Below, one piece after another: positions 24,670 through 34,634 of a stretch of DNA of 34,909 nt (positions within the stretch are counted from its first letter, which is position 1; each line of letters starts with the position of its first letter). This stretch comes from Bigelowiella natans CCMP2755. Taxonomy: Eukaryota > Protista > Cercozoa. The DNA is taken from positions 1 through 34,909 of the forward strand of contig ADNK01000882.1 in NCBI GenBank assembly GCA_000320545.1, written 5' to 3'. The notes below the pieces were generated by a model. The model was not told where the DNA came from. It saw nothing but the letters and a program-made list of their open reading frames with translations, and did not search any database. The translations under genes and the position numbers were made by a program.

Positions 24670-26921
24670 CAATATCAGTGATACTTTTGGGAAGTAATCA
24701 TATTAAAGATGTAGCCACCACGTTCGCACAGACAAGACGACCTACCTTAATTCCAGCGGCTTCGAGAGCTGCAATCTTCTCCGGAGCACCACCTTTACCG
24801 CCCGAAATGATAGCTCCAGCGTGCTACGAATGGGTCAATAATGAGGGGCACCAATACATAGTAGCATGCTGGAGTGGTATGGAGGGCGAACTCAAAATTT
24901 GATGATACCCCCATTCGACGCCCTGGAGGAGCACTGACACCGGCGATGAAGCCAACAACAGGCTTGTTTTGTGTGTTGTTCTTAGCAATGAACTCAGCTG
25001 TGCGGTAGAAAATAGACCAACTCAAAACGGCGGCACAGCGCACCATAGAAAGTTTGTGCATGGTAACGTTGACCGACGGTTACCGGTGAAACACGGATTC
25101 TACTAAGGCACCCCCCCCCTACCTGCTTCTTCCTCTGCGGATCCTCCAATTTCTCCAATCATGATGATGCCCTCAGTTTGAGGGTCCTGGTTAGTAGTAA
25201 CAGAACCGAACTCTATCAAAACCCAATCACTCACGGGAACAGATTCATGCTAGCTATGAATGAACGAAGAGCGAATAACAGGCGCAATCGACGCTCCGGC
25301 AGCGGCGCCGGCAGCGATAGTTATTAGTAGCACCTGGAGAAACTTATCGATGCAATCCACGAAGTTGGTGCCATTGAAGGGATCCCCCCCAATACCCACG
25401 CAGGTGGACTGGCCTAGCCCGGTAGTCGTAGTCTGGTGGACTGCCTCGTAGGTCAGCGTTCCCGATCGTGATACGATTCCAATCTTACCCGGTAGGTGGA
25501 TGTAGCCTGGTGTGGAAATAGTTTAGCAGTAGTAATCGTAGTGACGGTAAAGAGAAGGGGGCCCGGAGAGGATGTTGAAAGGCAAAACCCCCGCTTAGTG
25601 ACGAGTCATAATCATCGTACACCAGCGTGAGCAACGAGTCGCTGTTATAGCGCACACATTGTGCCTGTCTACAACAGCGTGCAAGCAAACAAGCAGTGCT
25701 GCTAGGCGACTTACCAGGCATGATCCCGATCTTGCATTCTCCAGGCTTGATGATACCTGAAAATAATCACCGTATCGTTAAAATTACTCCTGGCTCCTCT
25801 AATTCGGAAGATGTGTGAAATTTGGGGTGGCCGACAGGCATGCAAGAAGGGGAGGGAGGTAGGAGCGAGCATGTAACGTGAACAACTCTCAGGCTGCTTA
25901 CCAGGGCAATTAGGACCAATGAGGCGGGTGACGGACTGGCTATTCAATGCGGCCTAAATTGATTATTCATGGAAAATATGCAAAAAAGAAAGTTGTTAGA
26001 ATCTTGTCACTCCTTTTCTCTGCATTGCCCACTTGTTCCGTGTTCGTCAGATGCGTACGTCTAGTTCGTGTCCGTATGTTGTTGATCGCAAAATTTCGGG
26101 AAGCATACAACCTTCACTTTCACCATATCTTTCTGGGGTATTCCCTCCGTAATGCATACGACAAGCGGGATCTCATTCTAATAAACACAAAACCTCATTT
26201 TCCGAACAAAACGACCGAATTCACTGTCACTGCAGTTGTTAAATCGCGATGTTATCATCACGATACCTCGATAGCCTCCATGATACCGGCCGCAGCAAAA
26301 GGAGGTGGAATGTAAATGACGCTGGCATCGCACCCAGTCTCTGCCTTGGCCTGGATATTTCATCGAAGGATACCATTACCACATGAAGAATCTTTGATTT
26401 TACAATGTGCTTCACTGGGATTTTCCCCTAGCTCTTTTGAATTTGGAAATGTTTCACACCTCAGCGACTGTATTGAACACAGGGAGCCCGAGATGTGTCT
26501 GCCCCCCTTTTTTGGGGGTTACTCCTCCCACCATCTTCGTTCCATATGCGATAGCCTGCTCGCAATGGAAGGTTCCCTACAAGTTGTATTAAAGGTGCTG
26601 ATACTTTGATTGGGGAAGACGTGGAAAGGTGGATTTCAGATGTGCAAAATCACACACGCATTATGCCAACGTTCAAGAGACTAACTATCATCTGTTACTA
26701 ATTGGAACTATGAATAACAGAAACGTCTTGCTTTGCAAAGAACAGACACTCGTTTCTACCTGTTTTCCGGTGAACCCCTGGCAGATAACCCTGGTGTTCT
26801 TATCAACAAACACGCTTGCGGTGGATGAGAATGATCTGTTGCATGATTTCAGGGTACTTGCGGACGGCTTCGCGAGGAAGCGTGTAGGACTTGAGAGGAG
26901 GCGGCGGCAACCCAACAGCAT
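24430..26921 (-). CDS. SUCLG1: Succinate-CoA ligase alpha subunit, mitochondrial
   Basis: Arg/Ser-rich presequence, then [11 protein letters not shown]|[91 protein letters not shown]|HAGAII (phospho-His). Final exon [22 protein letters not shown] has its stop at 24430-24432. Confidence 0.97.
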
Positions 26922-27203
26922 CCTGATTGAATATTAAGACTAGTGCAAATCGTTGAGCAAACATTAATATCAAAATTAAATGTGTTATCCTCTATGCGAC
27001 TCACACAAAAGGATAAACCTGTCAGAATCGGGCCTCATTTAGTCTTTCGTAAAAGCTCAAGGTAGATTGGACAACGACAGCGGAACTTGTGGATCTCAAC
27101 CCCGGACAAATCTGGAACTGCCTTCCGTTTCCAAACGACATCACTTCATTCATGTCGTACTAGATAAACCAAATGCCTACACTCCTGTTTTTGAGGGCGC
27201 GCG

Positions 27204-27434
27204 ATGTTGGCGAAGGCCACCGTGCGACTTGATCCATCAGTGAGCAAGATACAACACAAATTCCTCATAATTCATCACCTTCCCCTCTCTGCTAACCCTC
27301 TCTTGCAGGACTCCGTCAGGGAGTACACAACCATTCTGGTACATAGCTGGTTTTGCAGCTCGTGCATTATTATATTTTTTTGGTGGATGCCTGCCCATGA
27401 GATCAACGGCCCCGTTCAGCTTCCTCTGGGCTGA
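27204..27434 (+). CDS. Candidate very small spliced gene divergent from SUCLG1 (frame and product uncertain)
   Basis: Well-formed intron 27240-27308 (GTGAGC..branch tgctaac..polypyrimidine..ttgcag) inside an ATG-started ORF. No homology recognised. Confidence 0.25.
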   Translation: MLAKATVRLDPSVSKIQHKFLIIHHLPLSANPLLQDSVREYTTILVHSWFCSSCIIIFFWWMPAHEINGPVQLPLG

Positions 27435-27559
27435 CGGTTGGAGTCTCCACAAATGTAGAAAGAAAAACCTTATTTGTCACCAACAAACCCTCGTTTGAAA
27501 AGCTAAATATGACTGCGTAAAGAAAGACAGCACCAAATATTCATAGCTTCTCTTAGCTT

Positions 27560-28560
27560 TCGCCTCTGCATGTAGAAATAGGCAAAATCACGATGCAACA
27601 CGCATGACAAATCATCCATTGGGTTGAGGGATGCTTCAACATCTAAGTGTCTTAGTAGCTCCTCCGTACGAATGTGTTCACGTAGCGCACAGCTTGACTA
27701 GCTCGCACAGCCGTGCATCGCATGGCATGCGTCTACTACACTAGTACATGCATGATTCACATGCGTGCTCGCGTAGCGTGTGCGCCACACGCACATGCGG
27801 CTGCTAGCTAGCTCTAGAGCTAGAGCTAGAGTCTAGATCTAATCCGGAGATGGCGGTGCATTGCGGCCCAGCTAGATATATATAGCCAGGCTAACGAGAG
27901 CTCAAGTTTGCACTTGTCCTACGAAATACATCTAGATGTGAGACGAATAGAGCTAGATGAGCATGGTGGTGCATTGAGACCCGCCAGGCTAACGAAAGCC
28001 TAAGTTTCACTTGTGTCCTTGTCCTCAGTCCTACGAACACATCTAGACATCTAAATCGATGTGTTCCACTTGTATCTAGACAAACATGACAAACAGTCAA
28101 CTGAACAGATGTGCGCAAGCTAGCAAGGCTGAAGGAGGGAACACAGCGAAACTAGGAGAGCACCAAGCACACTAGTGCATTCTAGCATTGTCATTATCAT
28201 CTAGACATGCTAGCATGCTAGCTAGCTAGGATGCAAATTTGCATGTGAGATGCTCTAGCTATGAGCTAGCTAGTCTAGTAGTAGTGCTGGCTAGCAGCTA
28301 TAGCTGCATGGGTCTACGTACGTGCCGGGCGGCGTTCAAGAGACTAACTATCATCTGTTACTAATTGGAACTGCCTAGCATAGCACAGAAAATGATGAGC
28401 ACTAGAGCACGTGATCCGCGCGCCGCACTCTAAACTAGCTATCAAGAGCTAGAGAGGTCTACCAGCGATTATTGCTTGATTTTTGCATCTCGATCTAGAT
28501 TCAGTCACTAGTTCAGATGACATGCTAGCATGCGCGGCGCAAGCAGATGCTATGTGTTGT
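27560..28560. repeat. Degenerate palindrome-rich spacer with an internal degenerate direct repeat (~27850-27935 vs ~27963-28047) and a 40-bp copy of SUCLG1 intron sequence (28333-28372)
   Basis: Very frequent CTAG, GCTAGC, TCTAGA, AGCT, GCATGC. The string gccaggctaacga..aagttt..cacttgt..gtcctacgaa..acatctaga occurs twice. Confidence 0.8.
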
Positions 28561-29060
28561 TATGTACAGCGCCAACTTGCTACATACGCAGCGCTTTCAT
28601 TTCTCATCAGAAGTTCAAACGTACTGAATGTAAATAATCACGTGTACAAGCGTTTCCGCCATGCCTGTTTACAAGTGCGAGCAAAGTGCTACCCACAAAG
28701 AATCGAACTCAATTGCATTTTCATGCCTACTTTTTGATATCATTACATTACCACTTCAATCAGAACGATAGAATCAATCACAATTTCTAATAAGTACATA
28801 GACTCGTTAATTCGCTAGTTTATAATCTTCATTCGATTGTCGTCATTGCAAACCAGCCTGAAGGTGGCAGCTACTCGATATATAGATATTTACAAATTAG
28901 GGGTTATCTAAACTTTTGTTAGTACTCTAATTCTGTTTTAATACACTCCGGAAGCAGTAGACTGAACTGTTATACTAGATGTACTGGCTCGTCTTTGTTA
29001 TAGTATGCACTGTCCGGGATATTCTCATTATTCGTATCAATTTCCTTTCTCAAGAAGTTT

Positions 29061-30230
29061 TCAAGTTTCTTGAAGTTTGTTAATAGCCGACTGCAGCATG
29101 CGCGCGTGTCCTTTTTTTATTACTGGATAGTCCTCTCGTAATGCCTTGGGGCATCGGTACATTAGAAGAGTTTCTCCATCGACCTCTTCTTTTTTTAAGA
29201 CATCAGCATACTGCTTCCACCAAGGCGCAGTATTAAGGGTCGACACAAAATGAAACACATCGTTGACGGTCCAGTCCTTGATTGGCTTCAGAATTGTAAG
29301 TTCTTCTGTACCGGTAGAACCCGTGGAATCCGTGGAAGACGCTACGGATAGGTCATCTTGAATCACAAGTTCCCGTTTCACGATCTCTACATTCTGTTCC
29401 ATCTTCTCACTTGATGGAACCGTCTTCCTGCTTGATAGAAGCATGGGCCCGGGAGAATCAAGGTCCTCTTCGTGCATTTTCTTTGGATATGCAGAATCCA
29501 TATTGATGTTTGTCTTCCCTCCAAGGCGCCAAGCACGAATGTTGTTGAGGAGCCCATCGGCTTCGATGCTTTTTTCTCGCTTAAAAAGGCCTCGTTCGAT
29601 CAACCCCTTTCCTTCAGATGTTTCTGACCATAGAGCTCCTCTCTTTTGTACAGGTGGGCAAATTGCCCAAGTGGATTGTTGAGACACAGAAACTTTTTGG
29701 TCGCGATCGAAAGTAGTGGAAGCATTCCTCAGTGCGGCTAGGGTCCCATCAGTGGGTGCATCCTTGCGAATTCCTTTCGAGTTTTTGCCTTGCTCTGCGA
29801 GACGTTTGTTTACCTTTGCTTCAAGTTGTTGATAATTTGAGGTCCCAATAGCGAGTTTCTCATATTCTTCAATTGGAATGTGCAAATGTTGAAAGTAACA
29901 AGCTCTTTCAGTGTAAAAACACTGGCCGAGTCTGTGATTCCGACAAATTCCAGACTTTGCCGGATTCACCCAGCCATGGACAAAAAGACAACGGGAACCT
30001 TTCAAACAGTTCCTTCCCGTTGCCCAATGATGGCACGTTTTACCGTGTTTTATTTCAGTGTCCTTATCTAATTCATTCTTTCCATTCCCTCGCTTCCTCC
30101 TCCTGTTGCTATGCAATGGCGGTTGTGGTTGTACTTGATAATGGGGAGGAGGGCAAGGAGGGCAAAATTGTGGTTGAACCATCATCTGTCTCCTCTGGTT
30201 AAGGAAATGGTTAGGTTGAAGTGAATGCAT
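29061..30230 (-). CDS. Tandem CCCH zinc-finger protein with C-terminal SAM domain (single long exon; additional 5' exons possible)
   Basis: C-x8-C-x5-C-x3-H (KTCHHWATGRNCLKGSRCLFVH) and C-x7-C-x6-C-x3-H (ICRNHRLGQCFYTERACYFQH). The C-terminus WTVNDVFHFV..YADVLKKEEVDGETLL..IKKGHARMLQSAINKL fits the SAM consensus. Q/P-rich N-terminus with RRRKR. First ATG is at 30230; the frame is open further upstream. Confidence 0.88.
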   Translation of the reverse strand: MHSLQPNHFLNQRRQMMVQPQFCPPCPPPHYQVQPQPPLHSNRRRKRGNGKNELDKDTEIKHGKTCHHWATGRNCLKGSRCLFVHGWVNPAKSGICRNHRLGQCFYTERACYFQHLHIPIEEYEKLAIGTSNYQQLEAKVNKRLAEQGKNSKGIRKDAPTDGTLAALRNASTTFDRDQKVSVSQQSTWAICPPVQKRGALWSETSEGKGLIERGLFKREKSIEADGLLNNIRAWRLGGKTNINMDSAYPKKMHEEDLDSPGPMLLSSRKTVPSSEKMEQNVEIVKRELVIQDDLSVASSTDSTGSTGTEELTILKPIKDWTVNDVFHFVSTLNTAPWWKQYADVLKKEEVDGETLLMYRCPKALREDYPVIKKGHARMLQSAINKLQET

Positions 30231-30739
30231 TGTCTTTTGGATGTTGTAGTTTGGTGAGCCCCTCTCTTCTCTTCTCTTCTCTGAAATGACGTTTGGCTTT
30301 TGTGCTGGTTGGTGCAATCCTTTCCTGGTCTTTCTCCCGCACAAAAAATAGGCCCTATCTACATATGAAGTCAGGCCTTCTTTGTTGTCGTCTTTGAAAT
30401 TATTAGATATGCAACACCGTTATTCACATGAGGGAAAATTCCTTTTGCAGGTCTGAAGTAGTAAGTGCTAAAGAGAGTTACTATCGTGTTTTTGTACCTA
30501 AATCGGTCATTTTGATGAAAATAAAGAGAACATGAAGTAACTTTTTTCGAACAAAAACAAATTGTACGGCAAGACATAGTTCTTCAACATTCCTGTCTCA
30601 TAAAATGCAAAGGAGGCAGGTTCTTTTCATTACTACTATTTTTTTTAATAGAAGTAAAGGCTAATTTGTAAAGTAAGTTCAATATAAATATCAATATATA
30701 TATCTTATAAAATCATCTTTATCGTGAGTTTCCACTGGC

Positions 30740-30945
30740 GGCTCCTATTTTCCGATCCTCCTCGGAAGTGGTTGAAACTATTCTTGGACAAGAACGGAAT
30801 TCTGAGGAATTCCACGACTTTTTAAACTTTTCTGATACCCTCAACTTATTTTCGATGAATCGTTCTTAGAAAATTCCGGAATCTAGAAATGCCGAGAAAT
30901 TATATGTCCTTCGGATTCCAGAACTTTTCGCGAAATTTCTGACAT
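30740..30945. promoter_or_regulatory. Cluster of TTCCG/CGGAA-type motifs in the divergent promoter between the CCCH-SAM and kinase genes
   Basis: tttccgat, ctcggaagt, acggaattct, aaattccggaatct, ttcggattcc and tttcgcgaaa lie within ~200 bp. Similar words occur upstream of other gene starts in the window. Confidence 0.35.
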
Positions 30946-31383
30946 GACCATAGAACTACCTGTACCTGTATGTGACGAACGACAACTCCAGATCCAAACG
31001 GCTAGCTGGTGTATGTAGTGCAGCGACATGCGTAAGACTTAATGGGTACATCTTCCATCTTCCAGAACGGTATAGATCTACATGTACCTGTAGCTTGTAG
31101 TGTATGCTTTTTCCTAGGAGTATTCAGCGACGATGCATCCGCGCAATTTTATTTTCAATGAATAATTTGCCCCAAAATATCGCAACATTTGCGTCAGCAT
31201 GTGTAACCGCATCATCGTTTGCCCTTCATCAGCTGGAACATTCTGTCCATGGTCGCATTATTCCACTTATTGGTTATTACTGATCTAAATCTACCCGCAG
31301 AAAATTCTTCTTTTCAATTTTTCGCTGCCGAGATTCCTACGAGTAGTATACTCATTTATCTTTTGTGCCCTTTCTGACAAGAA

Positions 31384-33108
31384 ATGCAGACACGCACACG
31401 TACACGCACACGCAAAGGCACAGGCTTACCCACAAGTTCACGCACACGCAAACACATGAGGACGAGAACGAGAACAGCAACTACTCATCATGCTGACCTG
31501 TCCACTACCGACACCAAAATGAAGAAAGTTCCCTTCCCAGACGGTTCGAAAGTGAATGGATTGAACGGCACAGATGTTTGGTTGCTAAAGTATCTCAAAA
31601 TTGAAGACCGAAAGAATCTTAACGTTTGCCCCGACATCACAGTGTCTCTTGGTACAGCCCCTGATGGAGTCAAATGGTGTATGAGAGTGGAACGAAGCAC
31701 AGATGTGCGCAGTGCCGTGCTTCGCTGCACAGGTTTCAAGACCGAAGAAGAGGGCTCGTCGAAGTGCGGCCAGGAATTCGGGATACATCTCAAAGGACTA
31801 GAGAATTCTATCAAAAAACATGCTTCTTGTGAAAGAATTGTGGAATTGAGCCGTAACAATTCAGTGTATGTTAGCAAGAAGTGTGCGCAGGATCTTCTAG
31901 GTGAGAGACTGCAATAGCTACTTGTGCACAATTTGGTTTTCACTTTTGCTTACACTATTTTAGGAGAATCAGTCCTCAGTACGATTTTGAAATTTTCACC
32001 GCGTGCCTTCACGGCACATGCTGGCACCATCAATTCACCTTCCTACAATGCAAGGAGTTGTAGTTATCGTCCTACTACTCCTAATTATCGTCCTACTACC
32101 CCTACCTATTCTCCTTCGAGTCCTGCATATGCTCCTTCGAGTCCTGCATATGCTCCTTCGAGTCCTGCATATGCTCCTTCGAGTCCTTCTTATCCTGCTA
32201 CTAGTTCACATGCAGAGAAACAGGCAAATAAATGGAAGAAAGAGAATGATCTTTTTGTTCATGTCGGGATTCCACTCCGCTCGGATAGCGACAGAATTTT
32301 CGCTTTCCGAAAGTCCAGGAACTCGGAATCCAGAGTCGGTGATGTATCTGAATTTCAGTGGGAAGACATCAGCGAGATCGGAGGACAGTCTTTTGTTCAT
32401 CAACAGATTAAATATGGGAACAAACCTCAAACTCGCATGTACACCTTTGTGGATGTACGACTCCTGCTAATGGCTTTTGCAAGACTGTGTGACACTGTGC
32501 ACAAGAAGTATCACTCGCGCAAACACCCCGTCATCCATGGCGATCTCGTTCCTGTAAATCTTCTCCTTCTACGTGGCAAGGGATTGGTGCCTATCGACCC
32601 CATGTTGACCCCGTTCGGAACAGTTGCACCGGGAGGCACTCTAGAGTGGTCGGCTCCGGAGCAGATCTTGGAACATCCTGTCTCCGCAAAAAGCGATGTG
32701 TACTCAATTGCATCCATGGTCACTTCTTTGCTAAGAGGCAGGATTCATGGCGAGGTGACTGAGATCGTCAAGGCATTGAAGCGAAAGCGTGAGACGAATT
32801 TTTCGCTCAACATAGTGAAGCTCATCAAGAAGCCAGAGTTGCTTCTGGACCATCCTTACAAGATTCACGGTGTGTTGAAAAATGCTCTGAGCTTCGACCA
32901 GGCGTTGCGGCCTACCTTGAAAGAGTTGAAACAGGCCATCATTGAACAAGCGCACTCGAAAATCTGGACAGAGATTGGTGACCCACAAGGAGGGCCCACT
33001 TGCTGGCTCGAGCTCTCGAATTTGAATTTTGGAAAACTGTGCTACTCAGGTGGGAAAATGTCACCTGACGACCCATCGGAGCTTGTGTGGGTTGCATCAG
33101 ACTCCTAG
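31384..33108 (+). CDS. Atypical Ser/Thr kinase-like protein carrying RNA polymerase II CTD-like heptad repeats (2 exons)
   Basis: Intron 31901-31963 (G|GTGAGA..ttttag) joins ORF 31384 to ORF 31924 in frame. C-lobe motifs: [16 protein letters not shown] (in the DFG position), [19 protein letters not shown]. No GxGxxG or VAIK motif recognisable. The start may be 31457 or 31519. Confidence 0.85.
32044..32211 (+). repeat. Eight 21-bp coding units encoding Tyr-led heptads
   Basis: [56 protein letters not shown]. The DNA unit ctccttcgagtcctgcatatg is repeated three times exactly. Confidence 0.95.
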
Positions 33109-33941
33109 CTGGCCACAGAGCGTGCACATGGATTGAAAAGCGATTCTGTGTTCCAAATTTTCCAGCAAGCAAGTGCATGCGTTCCAGATGGTGATGGCAA
33201 TGCTAGAATGGTCATGACGGCGTTGTGGCAGTGCACGTTCTCATGCACGTCTTGGACAATGGCAACCGTCGAAAGAGGCCATCCGTCCATGTGTTCAGAC
33301 ACTCGATCTTAGTCAATACATGAATGGAGGAAGATTCTGAGACGTGCTTGTTTCTCATGCGCGCGCGTTTGTCATAGGTTGCATCGCATCACACCTTTCT
33401 AGTTTTGCTTGACATTTTCTCACAACGCACGGCAACTAGTAGTAGAAGCTGAGCTAATTCAACATCACAAAACGCGATGCATGAATGTTATGATTTCAAA
33501 GGCAAACTTTGCATGTGCATTATTTTCTGTGCTACTGATCGATCGGGCGATCGAACTATGTGCCTGCTACCACATCTTGCATCGACCGGCACTGCCCTAT
33601 CTAGCTATGCGCGTTCGCTCCATGCATGCGAAAAACAAAAAAAGGGCAGCGTGTACGGCTATGTCTTACCATGGCACAAGCTTAAATTGGCCTCCCCTTA
33701 ATCATGTTGAGCGTGACAGCATCATAACATGCTTCAGAGATGGCCTGACTGGCAGTCAAAGCAGGGCCACAACGACGACTTTACGCTATGTTTGCTGATC
33801 GGGGCTGCTACGTTTCTTCACAGGTAGCAAGTATGTCTGATGGCCACACTTTATAGATTAGCTTTTGGGGAATAACAATGATGGAGCTCAACCAATCTAG
33901 CGTAGACGTTTGAGACTCTAGAACTTGACAGTATTTTGAAA

Positions 33942-34276
33942 TCAGCTTTCTGTGGCATCTTCCCCGTCTCTGATCTCAGTAACTCTGCCTTCGGTCCTCC
34001 TATCCTCTTCGCTAGCTTCCTGGGACGGTGTTGCTGTAGGCTGTGCTGACGATGTCTTACTATACGACGGAGTGTGAGATGGTGGTTGCACTGGCCAAGC
34101 TTTGTTGCCACTGCTACGACGCTGCTGCTTATCATCATCTTTCTTCGCGGGACTCTCTACATCACCCGGAATGAAGATTTCTCCAGATTTGACGAAGTTT
34201 TTCAATGCGTAGGTCCAATCAGCCAACTCCTAGGTGGGCAGGTCAAATTTGTCAGAGCACCCCCAGCAGTAGCAGT

Positions 34277-34319
<43 letters not shown>

Positions 34320-34603
34320 CATAGCCCATGTTCAGAAGGGAAATGTGAGAAATTGAATGCTTATCATTGTGCGTAGTTGCTGCTCTTGAATTGTGGCAGA
34401 ATACGACAAATTGGCGTCACAGTCTTGGCATCAGTAAGGTGCGGTGCTAACCTCGAAGGCCTGCAGCTTCACAACGTACACTGTGCGCGAGAACGCGTAT
34501 CCCCATCTGCTCGGTGGTGACAATAAATCTCGTTATATCACGGGTCAGTGTCACCACCATGAGCACAACAATTACAACAACAAACCCATACCTACATATC
34601 TTC

Positions 34604-34634
<31 letters not shown>

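Noticed and set aside
32044-32211. RPB1 (RNA polymerase II largest subunit) gene or fragment
   Set aside because: No polymerase domains are present. The heptads are internal and in frame with a kinase C-lobe.
32044-32211. CRISPR-like array
   Set aside because: Contiguous 21-bp coding tandem units with no unique spacers, in a eukaryotic context with no cas genes.
34074-34376. Plus-strand 100-aa ORF with a signal-like N-terminus
   Set aside because: It is antisense to the spliced PH-domain gene and ends in an intronic (GCA)n repeat.
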